From positions 1-35,834 of the forward strand of contig JAVVGL010000020.1 of assembly GCA_032249135.1 (NCBI GenBank): 35,834 nt of DNA, in the 5' to 3' direction. Shown here one piece after another: positions 1-8,214 of the stretch. This DNA is from Candidatus Calescibacterium sp. (lineage in GTDB: Bacteria > Calescibacteriota > Calescibacteriia > Calescibacteriales > Calescibacteriaceae). Made by a program: the position numbers and the translations under genes. The stretch's first letter is position 1. Each line of letters opens with the position of its first letter. The notes beneath the pieces were generated by a model. That model ran no database searches, was not told where the DNA came from, and was given only the letters and a program-made list of their open reading frames with translations.

Positions 1-1019
1 TCTCCTATTACAATTTCTTTTACATTATACTTTAAAGCTAATGCCAAAATATACTTTGCTACCTTGTGCGCAAAATCCTCATTCACCTTTGCTATCTTAT
101 ACCATAAATTTGCTATTTTTTCTTCAAGTCTATGAACAAGAAAATATGGAGCAGGAAATAAAAAAATCAAGCTTTCTTGTGCCATCTTTTTTGCTTTGTT
201 CAAAATGTTGTCAAGTCTGCTTTTTAACTCTGATATTGTTTTCAACCTGAAATTTGTCAGAGATTTCCATATCTTTCCATCTATCAAGAAGCCTTTTTTC
301 ACACCTTCAATAACAACAGAGAAGAAATTTGAAACTCCCGGATCTAACGCCATCTTCCTTATTTTTTTCCTGCATACCAAATTTATTTCTTTTTTATCGT
401 TGTTATTGCCAACATCATTACTATGATTTGTGATAAGCGCATTTATTCCCTTCTTTTCTTTTCCTTCCTCTTTTTTCTTTTCCTTCTCCTTTTTCTTCTT
501 GTAAATGATTTGTAGCTCAAAGAATTTTCCATATTTTGGAACTATATTGACCTCTGATATATGTAGTTGAGATAAATCAAGATTTGTGTTTATACTTATA
601 AAATTCAAATCACTTTTTTTCCTTCTACCTTTTCCTGTTCTATGGTTTTTAGGATAGCAAAGAATAATTGTGGAGCCATCAATTTTTATATCTGGAATGA
701 TACAATATGGAGACAATTTTTCTTGCTTTTGAATTTGGGAGGCTTAACAGGATGAGGATATTTATGAGGGTTTTTGAGGTAATCAAAAAAGTTTAACCAA
801 CCCCTGACGACATGAGAGAATACTTTGAGTGTAGTTTTGGGAATGTAGGTTAATTTTGAAGAAGTTAGAAGAGAGTTTATTATAAAGGTCATAGATATTA
901 GGTTTAGCAGAACCAGTTTTGATGAGGTAGTTAGCACAGTTGAAAAGTTTTCCAGCGTTGAAGCAAAGCCATCTTATTTCACGAGAAGGTTTGATAGCAA
1001 TCTTCAAACACCTGTGCAT
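1..1019 (-). pseudogene. tnpB: IS200/IS605-family TnpB RNA-guided nuclease, frameshifted; C-terminus runs off the window
   Basis: Three joined frames: MHRCLKIAIKPSREIRWLCFNAGKLFNCANY...LHS, then KTTLKVFSHVVRGWLNFF...VKPPKFKSKK, then an open frame from about 700 to 1 with EVNIVPKYGKFFELQIIY, RuvC-I MALDPGVSNF, LIDGK and FAHKVAKYILALALKYNVKEIVIG. There is a +1 shift near 839-841 and a -1 shift between about 686 and 721. No tnpA upstream. Confidence 0.88.
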
Positions 1020-1094
1020 ACTAAAATCTTTCTATAAATAATTTTTTTATTTTAATGAAATAACAAATTTTTAACAATAGACTATTAATTAATA

Positions 1095-1120
1095 TTGAAT
1101 TCATTAATTGAGTTCATTAA
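1095..1120. repeat. 13-bp tandem repeat TTGA(A/G)TTCATTAA x2 in the divergent tnpB/helicase intergenic region
   Basis: ttgaattcattaa at 1095-1107 and ttgagttcattaa at 1108-1120; function unknown. Confidence 0.6.
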
Positions 1121-1178
1121 GATAATAATAGTTAAAGTTAGGGAGTAGCATTGGGCAATAATTGAGTGATTATAAGAT

Positions 1179-3521
1179 ATGTCTGAAATAATAGTCATAT
1201 CGGAAGAATCTTATTTTACCAAGCAGGGTGGATTTGCCGTAATTTACAGGGAGGGAAAGAAAAATCAGAGATTTGTCAAAGATTGTCCAAAAGTATCTCA
1301 GTTGGAATTTACTTTGCCTTATGATTTTCTCAATCCACTTCAAACTGCTTTCCTATATTTTTGGGATCCAGTAAAAGACAAATCTGCTTTGTGCGTTGCT
1401 CCGACATCTGCTGGAAAGACAGGAATAATTTACATTTTTTTCTCCAAATTCAAGGGTAGAAAAATTTATCTTGCTCCAACAAAATCTCTTTGTGATGAGA
1501 AATTCAGGGAGTTTCAAAAAATATTTGGTCGTGAAAATGTATCTTTGAGAACAGGAGATAGGTTTGATTTCAAACCACCTCAGACCGAATATGTGGTTGC
1601 AACATACGAAAGTTTCCTTTCTGCGATAAGGTCAAGAAGCTCATGGTTTGAAGATGCTGAAGCTATATGTATAGATGAGGTTCATTTTCTTATGTTTGGT
1701 GGAACTCGGGGAATAACTCTTGAGGAAATAATAGCCCATCTTAGAGCGAGAGGGAAAAATATTCTTGCTTTGTCTGCGACCGTTCCTCGTGAAGCCGCGG
1801 AAGAATATTCAGATTGGCTTTCTGCTAAACTTTTCTTCTCATCTTGGAGACCTGTTCCTCTTGAAAGGATAGTTGAACCGCTTTCTGAAATAGAGAAGAG
1901 AATTTTTGGTTCTAAAATAAAGGATGAGTTACCAAGAAGAATTTTTAAAGTCGCAGTTGCTCTTGCAAAAAGTCCGAAGGTTATAATCTTTGTGTATAAA
2001 AAATCTTTGGGATGGAAGATTCTTGAAGAATTTTACAAAGAGGGATATGGTATTGCAAACGAAACTGTTCCTTTTGAGAAAACGGTGAATGTTCCCCTAG
2101 AGGAAGCCGTTGCAGGTTTTCACAATGCAGATATTCCTTATGAGGAGAGAGTTAAAATAGAGGAGGCTTTCAGAGATGGTAATTTGAAATTTTTAATTTC
2201 AACTCAAACTATGGCTTATGGTGTAAATCTTCCCGCTGATGAAGCCTTTATTATTGTCAGAAATTGGATGGCAAAAGTTCTACCAGATACATCTACTATA
2301 ATTCAGATGGAGGGGAGGGTAGGAAGATTTGGAATTTCTCAGAAAGGGATTTCTCGTATAATACCACTTTCCGGTGAGAGTTTGCTCAAAAGAGAACTTA
2401 AAAATTTTTTTGAATCCCCAGATACCAGAACTTCTTTGCAGAAACTTATTCAGGGTGAAGATAGGGAAAGGAAGATAACCGATCTTGATGCGATAACACT
2501 TATTACCTTGGGAATTATTGTATCATCTGATATAGAACTGAAAGATAAGAAAAGAGCCGAGGAGGAAATAAAGAGAGTTCTTTCTTTTATGAAAACTACT
2601 TTTAACTATGATATCGGAAAAGTTATATCTATTTTAGAAGACGCTGGATGTATAAGGAATGGAAAAATTACGCCGCTTGGTAGGGTCCTTGCATCTACTC
2701 TTATTCCTCCGTCAGCTTATCGGGAATTTAGAAGAAGGTATTATGGTGTTTCACCTTCTGATCGTCTGAACGCAATAGCTTATATAATAAGACCAATATT
2801 ATTTTTCAGAGATTTCCAGAAAGGTTTTATAGATCTCCTACCTGAAAGGCTCAGAACAGATATTGAAGCGAAAATAAGTGATGTTTATGAGGAAGAAAGC
2901 ATTCTTGAACTTTGGATGATGGGGGAAATATGGTGGTATTTTAGGAATCCGCCTGCACAGTTTTATTTGAGACCCGATGCTTTACAATTTGTAAAATTCA
3001 TCTCACAACTCAAATTTTACGGATACATAGACATATCTTTGAAAGAGATAATGAAGATTGCTCTTTCATTGTCTTTTGGGGTTCATCCTGATTTTTCTCT
3101 CCTGTGTGGTAAGGGGAATATAGGTTTTGGTAGGGGGAATTCCATCTATTATGCTGCAAAACAGAAAAATTTGAGCCTTGGCGAAGTAATTGAGCTTATG
3201 AAAAAGAAAGACAAAGGATTTGCCAAAGCGCTTTATGATGTTATGTTAGCTCGGGCAGAATTTTTGGATCCATCTTTGAGGTCTGAGTGGGCAAAATACG
3301 ACAAATCAAAAGAGATTGAAAGAATAAAAATAATTGAAAGGATAAACCAGGAGATAAATACCATCTTATCATCATTTGATGATGTTCAGAATGAGGATGA
3401 TTTATTTGATGAAGAAATGGCTCGTGTTATGGTTTTCGTGAAGCTCGGAATTGAACCAGCTTTACAGATGTCAAAAGATGATCTCAAAGTTTTTCTCCAA
3501 CAAGACGGGAAAGTAATGTAG
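1179..3521 (+). CDS. SF2 DExH-box helicase, Ski2/Hel308-like
   Basis: Motifs APTSAGKT (I), LAPTKSL (Ia), VATYE, IDEVH (II), LSAT (III), FHNA, STQTMAYGVNLPA (V), QMEGRVGR (VI); ITPLGRVLA and a C-terminal GNIGFGRG segment resemble Hel308. Confidence 0.88.
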   Translation: MSEIIVISEESYFTKQGGFAVIYREGKKNQRFVKDCPKVSQLEFTLPYDFLNPLQTAFLYFWDPVKDKSALCVAPTSAGKTGIIYIFFSKFKGRKIYLAPTKSLCDEKFREFQKIFGRENVSLRTGDRFDFKPPQTEYVVATYESFLSAIRSRSSWFEDAEAICIDEVHFLMFGGTRGITLEEIIAHLRARGKNILALSATVPREAAEEYSDWLSAKLFFSSWRPVPLERIVEPLSEIEKRIFGSKIKDELPRRIFKVAVALAKSPKVIIFVYKKSLGWKILEEFYKEGYGIANETVPFEKTVNVPLEEAVAGFHNADIPYEERVKIEEAFRDGNLKFLISTQTMAYGVNLPADEAFIIVRNWMAKVLPDTSTIIQMEGRVGRFGISQKGISRIIPLSGESLLKRELKNFFESPDTRTSLQKLIQGEDRERKITDLDAITLITLGIIVSSDIELKDKKRAEEEIKRVLSFMKTTFNYDIGKVISILEDAGCIRNGKITPLGRVLASTLIPPSAYREFRRRYYGVSPSDRLNAIAYIIRPILFFRDFQKGFIDLLPERLRTDIEAKISDVYEEESILELWMMGEIWWYFRNPPAQFYLRPDALQFVKFISQLKFYGYIDISLKEIMKIALSLSFGVHPDFSLLCGKGNIGFGRGNSIYYAAKQKNLSLGEVIELMKKKDKGFAKALYDVMLARAEFLDPSLRSEWAKYDKSKEIERIKIIERINQEINTILSSFDDVQNEDDLFDEEMARVMVFVKLGIEPALQMSKDDLKVFLQQDGKVM

Positions 3522-3572
3522 CAAGTAGTGGAGCAAAGATAATTCAAAACAGCAAAAAGAGTTAGGAGACGG

Positions 3573-3606
3573 ACTTTTGAGAATTAAACCATAAGACCTT
3601 TAATTT
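3573..3606 (+). repeat. Orphan copy of the 3' end and trailer of the downstream coiled-coil genes
   Basis: acttttgagaattaaaccataagacctttaattt matches 4249-4280 and 4688-4705. Confidence 0.75.
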
Positions 3607-3695
3607 GTCCAATAAAGTAATAAATTTATCACGAATACACAAGAATTTTTTAACTTCTTTTGAATTTGTATTTTAGAGTTTTAAATTTTACATTT

Positions 3696-4268
3696 ATGAG
3701 AGAAGTTTCACAAATAGAGGTTTATGAGGTTTTAAAGGAAAAAGTAGGGGAAGATGTAGCAAAGCTTCTTATTGAGTATATAGAACTCAAAAAGAAAGAA
3801 GTCGCTACGAAGGAGGATATTCAGAGGTTAGATATTCAGAGGTTAGAAGAAATTGTAAGAAGGTTAGAAGAATTCGTAAAAGAAGAGCTTCAAAGAATAG
3901 AAAAGTCTACAAAGGAGGATATTCAAAGAGCGGAGCAATCTACAAAAGAGGATATTCAAAGAGCAGAACTATCTACAAAAAAGGATATTCAGAGATTAGA
4001 GGAGATCGTAAGGGAGCTGAAAAAATCCACGAAAGAAGATATTCAAAGATTAGAGAAATTCGTAAGAGAAGAAATTCAAAGATTAGAAAAATCTACGACG
4101 GAAGAAATCCGGAGATTAGAAAGGAGGGTAGAGAAAGTGGAGAGTGATATAAATGATTTGAAAAAAGAACAAAGGAGGAACCTTTACTGGATTTTGGGGG
4201 TATATATAACTTTGTGGGCAACTACTATTGCCGGAATTATTACTCTGTTTTTGAGAATTAAATCATAA
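3696..4268 (+). CDS. Membrane-anchored coiled-coil protein (DUF1640/CCDC90/Bdr-like), paralog 1
   Basis: Short head, ATKEDI neck motif, repeated 11-aa STKEDIQRAEQ-type units and a C-terminal TM helix LYWILGVYITLWATTIAGIITLFL. ATG 3696 preferred over the TTG at 3660. Confidence 0.8.
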   Translation: MREVSQIEVYEVLKEKVGEDVAKLLIEYIELKKKEVATKEDIQRLDIQRLEEIVRRLEEFVKEELQRIEKSTKEDIQRAEQSTKEDIQRAELSTKKDIQRLEEIVRELKKSTKEDIQRLEKFVREEIQRLEKSTTEEIRRLERRVEKVESDINDLKKEQRRNLYWILGVYITLWATTIAGIITLFLRIKS

Positions 4269-4325
4269 GACCTTTAATTTTTAAGTTTTTTGAATTTGTA
4301 TTTTAGAATTTTAAATTTTACATTT

Positions 4326-4709
4326 ATGAAAGAGATTTCACAAATAGAGATTTACGAGGCTTTAAAGGGTAAGTTAGGGGAAAATGAGGCAAAACTTCTC
4401 ATTGAGTATATAGAATCAAAGAAAAAAGAAGTGGCTACAAAAGAGGATATTATGAGATTAGAACAATCTACAAAAGAGGATATTATGAGATTAGAACAAT
4501 CTACAAAGGAAGATATTCAGAGGTTAGAACAATTCGTAAAAGAAGAAATTCGGAGACTGGAAAAAAGAGTGGAGAAGGTGGAGAACGAAATAAGTGAGCT
4601 AAAAAAGGAACAAAGAAGAAATCTTTATTGGATTTTGGGAGTATATATAACTTTGTGGGCAACCACTATTGCCGGAATAATTACTTTACTTTTGAGAATT
4701 AAACCCTAA
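4326..4709 (+). CDS. Membrane-anchored coiled-coil protein (DUF1640/CCDC90/Bdr-like), paralog 2, shorter stalk
   Basis: Nearly identical head and TM to paralog 1; exact 33-bp tandem repeat at 4435-4500; ATG 4326 preferred. Confidence 0.8.
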   Translation: MKEISQIEIYEALKGKLGENEAKLLIEYIESKKKEVATKEDIMRLEQSTKEDIMRLEQSTKEDIQRLEQFVKEEIRRLEKRVEKVENEISELKKEQRRNLYWILGVYITLWATTIAGIITLLLRIKP

Positions 4710-4730
4710 AATTCAAAGTTTCAATTTTAT

Positions 4731-5087
4731 TCAACAAAAAGCAATTATGGTATCTGAGTTTTCTATCATGTAAGAGAGTTCGTATTGGCTTGCAAAATTT
4801 ATAAAAGGTAAATCATTTTGGCTTAATGAGAATTCAGAGGCATTTCTTGAACACAAAGCTGTGTTTTCTCCCTGGAATTTGTGAGCGAACTTTACGCCTC
4901 TGCTCATCAGGAAAAAATGGATTTGTGCTCCTTTTTCTTTGAGCTTAGCTGAAAGTTCTTTTACAAAATTTATCTCTTCTTCTTTATCTGTATGGATTAT
5001 AAAAAGAATATTTTTTTTGCTGTTTTTGGTTTTGCTTTTATTTGTTTTTTGTTTTTCAGTTTGTTTTTCTTCTGTTGTGGTTAGCAT
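4731..5087 (-). CDS. DsrE/DsrF-like family protein
   Basis: NILFII beta strand, IHFFLMSRGV, LCSRNA cysteine, ASQYELSYMIENSDTIIAF C-terminus; K/T/N-rich N-terminal extension. Confidence 0.75.
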   Translation of the reverse strand: MLTTTEEKQTEKQKTNKSKTKNSKKNILFIIHTDKEEEINFVKELSAKLKEKGAQIHFFLMSRGVKFAHKFQGENTALCSRNASEFSLSQNDLPFINFASQYELSYMIENSDTIIAFC

Positions 5088-5096
5088 TTAGGTAAG

Positions 5097-5169
5097 TGGA
5101 GCCGAGGGGATTTGAACCCCCGACCTCCGGAGTGCGATTCCGGCGCTCTCCCATCTGAGCTACGGCCCC
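5097..5169 (-). tRNA. tRNA-Ala(CGC), CCA not encoded
   Basis: GGGGCCG/CGGCTCC-A acceptor stem with G3:U70; anticodon arm CCGGA-ATCGCAC-TCCGG; T loop TTCAAAT. Confidence 0.96.
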
Positions 5170-5191
5170 ACTTACATATAGTTTATAATTT

Positions 5192-5521
5192 TTACTCACC
5201 AGTTATAACAATGCAGTAAGTTCCATAAAACCCAAGAACATTTGACATTTTGTAGTCAATAGATGTTATTTTCTTTATACCAGCTTTTCTTGCTGCCTCC
5301 AAAACGCTCGCATCGCCAGTTGATATCAATCCAAGAACGTTTGAAACGCATGTTTCGGCTTGTTTGGAACCAATTTCCTGCGGGAAAAAACCAGCATGTG
5401 CATTCCATTCAGTATATATTAGTCCAACCAAGGGATGAGCTATACAACCCATCAGAGTTAGTGAACCAACTAATATTCCTGCCAAGGTTAAAAACTTTAC
5501 TCTTTTAAGCTTTTCTTTCAT
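5192..5521 (-). CDS. TRL-like family lipoprotein
   Basis: Lipobox LMGC; GLIYT...GSKQAETCVSNVLGLISTGDASVLEAARKAGIKKITSIDY...YCIVITGE pattern; SD AGGAGG 9 nt before ATG. Confidence 0.85.
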   Translation of the reverse strand: MKEKLKRVKFLTLAGILVGSLTLMGCIAHPLVGLIYTEWNAHAGFFPQEIGSKQAETCVSNVLGLISTGDASVLEAARKAGIKKITSIDYKMSNVLGFYGTYCIVITGE

Positions 5522-5551
5522 GTTTTTTCACCTCCTTCTTTTTATTTTTAA

Positions 5552-6067
5552 TCAAAATCCCCACCAACCGAGGTGCTTAAATAACCAACTCACTCCTATA
5601 ATACTGCTGCAATAATTTCTATAAAATCCTGAAATATTCAATCTTAGTAGGTTATTAGTATTAGTGAGAGTTGTAATTTGAGTTGTGGTATTACTAATAT
5701 TTAACCTCTGTGTAATTTCTGGTAATGTTAAATCTAATAATGATGTTGATATGATTCCAAAAACTCAGTTTGCAGTTAGTCGTGGTCCTAATTCTGGTTG
5801 AAAAAATAAAGTTTCAACATTCCATCTTGTATATAAACTGTACGACAGTGCAGGAATACTGAATGGAGATGTACACGCTGATATTATTAATAAGCTTCCT
5901 AATATTCCCCCGCAGCAAAAAAATTTTATTCTATTAGGTTTTTCTTCCTTTTTCCTTCCTGCTTTCCTGAATTTTAGTTTATTTAGGAAGTCAACTCCAA
6001 TTGCTAATCCAGTTCTTGATGAAGGTGATATGCTGATACCCATAACACTAATTTTGATCTCATCCAT
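5552..6067 (-). pseudogene. Diverged TRL-like paralog interrupted by an in-frame TGA (5765-5767)
   Basis: GGILGSLLIISAC...LYTRWN...FFQPELG aligns with the neighbouring gene; the same frame continues after TGA as VFGIIST...GFYRNYCSSIIG to a stop at 5552. Confidence 0.7.
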
Positions 6068-6281
6068 ATTTTTTCTTTTCACCTCCTTTTTGTTTTTATT
6101 TTTTGTCTTGCTACCGCATAGAGCAAATAGCAAGACAAATTTACTTCTATTTATTCTGATTTTATTTTAAAATTTTCAAAAAAATTTTTGTGAAAAATTT
6201 TGAGTTTTTCTTCATTCGTTTTTTTCATTTTCTTTTTCTTTCCTTTTCAATTCTCTTTTTCTTTTCGTTTTTCTTTCCTTT

Positions 6282-8132
6282 TCAATTTTCTTTTCTTTTT
6301 ATTTTTTCAAAGGTCTTTTTGAGAAATTTTCCAATACCTCCTATAAACATCACAATTGTTCCAATCCATATAAAAGATACTGCTGGATTGTGCCAAGCTT
6401 TCACAAAAACTTTGCCTTCTTCAAGTTTTACAAAAACTATGTAAAAATCTTCAAACAAGCCGTATTTTATTCCCGCTTCCGTTGTTGGTTCATCCCATGT
6501 AAGATACATCCTTTTTTCTGATGAAATTTTGAATTTTTTTGAGTTCTCTTGAACCTCAAAATTTGCCTTCAAACCCTGCCAATTCGGACCTTTTGAATTT
6601 TCCAATCCCAAAAACTTTATTTTGTATTTGTGAAATTCCACTTGCTCGTCGGGGAGCATCCCGAATTCTCCTTCTTTATAAAGAAGTTGAGAGAAAGCAA
6701 TTCCAGAACACAAAATGAAAAATCCAATATGAGAAATCATAGGAAATATCCTCCCCGGTTTTATCCCGTCTCTTATGAATTCCCGCAAAATTACAAAAAT
6801 TCCAAAACTTATAAAAAGTATGGCTGAGGCTACTTCAAGGTCAAAGAAAATAATATGGAGTATAAAAACTATCAGTGCAAGCAAAAACGGAGTGATATAA
6901 TTTTTGAGTCTCCATTTTCCTTCACCCCAGGGCAAATATTGTCCAATAGACATAAAAAGTATAAGAAATAAAGATAAGGGACCGAAAATTTTGTTGTAAT
7001 AAGGTTTCCCAAAAGATATTTTATCGCCCGTTATTGACTCGTAAATCACAGGGAAAATCGTTCCTAAAACTACTGTTACCCACATCGTAAGCAAAATAGA
7101 TGTCCCCAGCAGGATAAAAAACTCTCTTGAAAAAATGCTTTTTACTTTCAATTCTTTTCCTTGAAACTTTTCTCTTTGCGAAAAATAAATGTATATAGAT
7201 GAGGATATGATGACTGCAACGAATACCAAAAAGGCTATTCCAAGTTCAGGATTTTGAACAAACGAATGAACAGAGATAAACATTCCGGTCCTTACAAGAA
7301 AAGTTCCTATCATCGCTGTTATGAATGTGAGAACAACAAGGATGAAGTTGAAAGTTCTAAGTTGCTTAAATTTATCTTCAAGCATTGAGGTGTGAAGGAA
7401 TGTTGTAAGAGTGAGCCAGGGGATAAAGGAAGCATTTTCTACTGGGTCCCAAGCCCAGTATCCACCCCAGCCAAGCTCTGAGTAAGCCCACCATCCACCA
7501 ACTACTATACCCAAAGTAAGCCAGCTCCAATTGAACACAGCCCATTTTCTGTAATTTTTCTCAAAACCTAAAATTTTGCTTATGTAAAGCGAAAAGGGGA
7601 GGATAGTTCCTGTTAATCCAAGATATAAAAAAACTGGATGAAGAACCATTCCAAAGTGTTGAAGCAAGGGATTAAGTTCTCGTCCATCTTCTGGTGGTGG
7701 ATAGATGAACTCAAATGTTTTTGCTATGAAAGTTGTTAAGAACAAAAAAAAGGAGAGCGAAAAAAAATTTAGCGCATAAGATATATGATGTTTTTTCCCT
7801 GATATTGCGAGTTGAATTGAAAGAAGGAGCGACCAGAACAAAAGCGAGCCTTCCTGTCCGCCCCACAAAGCTGTTATCTTATAAACCAAAGGTAAATGTG
7901 AGTTTGAGTGTTCGGCTACAAACTTTATGAAAAAATCTCCTCTCACAAGTGCTATCACGAGATTTGCGCAAGAGAGCAAAATAGGAATAACAACAAGTTT
8001 TTCTATTTTTGAAAGCGTATTTACATCTGCATCTTTTTTCACTGAGAGAATAAGTCCGAAAATTGAGGTGAAAAGCGAAATATAAAGAAAAATCTGACCA
8101 GATTTTAGAGTCAGAAAACTGGAACTATCCAT
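6282..8132 (-). CDS. ccmF: Cytochrome c biogenesis heme lyase CcmF/NrfE family
   Basis: LWGGQEGSLLFW, LNPLLQH, LHP, WWAYSELGWGGYWAWDPVENASFIPW (WWD domain), SVHSF, TTEAGI. Confidence 0.95.
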   Translation of the reverse strand: MDSSSFLTLKSGQIFLYISLFTSIFGLILSVKKDADVNTLSKIEKLVVIPILLSCANLVIALVRGDFFIKFVAEHSNSHLPLVYKITALWGGQEGSLLFWSLLLSIQLAISGKKHHISYALNFFSLSFFLFLTTFIAKTFEFIYPPPEDGRELNPLLQHFGMVLHPVFLYLGLTGTILPFSLYISKILGFEKNYRKWAVFNWSWLTLGIVVGGWWAYSELGWGGYWAWDPVENASFIPWLTLTTFLHTSMLEDKFKQLRTFNFILVVLTFITAMIGTFLVRTGMFISVHSFVQNPELGIAFLVFVAVIISSSIYIYFSQREKFQGKELKVKSIFSREFFILLGTSILLTMWVTVVLGTIFPVIYESITGDKISFGKPYYNKIFGPLSLFLILFMSIGQYLPWGEGKWRLKNYITPFLLALIVFILHIIFFDLEVASAILFISFGIFVILREFIRDGIKPGRIFPMISHIGFFILCSGIAFSQLLYKEGEFGMLPDEQVEFHKYKIKFLGLENSKGPNWQGLKANFEVQENSKKFKISSEKRMYLTWDEPTTEAGIKYGLFEDFYIVFVKLEEGKVFVKAWHNPAVSFIWIGTIVMFIGGIGKFLKKTFEKIKRKEN

Positions 8133-8214
8133 AATTTTGAAATTGTAATTGAAATAAAATTCAATACAAGAAAATCACAAGAAAATCAGATGAAACTTTA
8201 TTAAACTTTTTTGT

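Noticed and set aside
41-426. Plus-strand ORFs 41-250 and 196-426
   Set aside because: Antisense shadows of the TnpB frame
3800-4540. 33-bp periodic repeats as a CRISPR array
   Set aside because: In-frame coding repeats of a coiled coil without unique spacers
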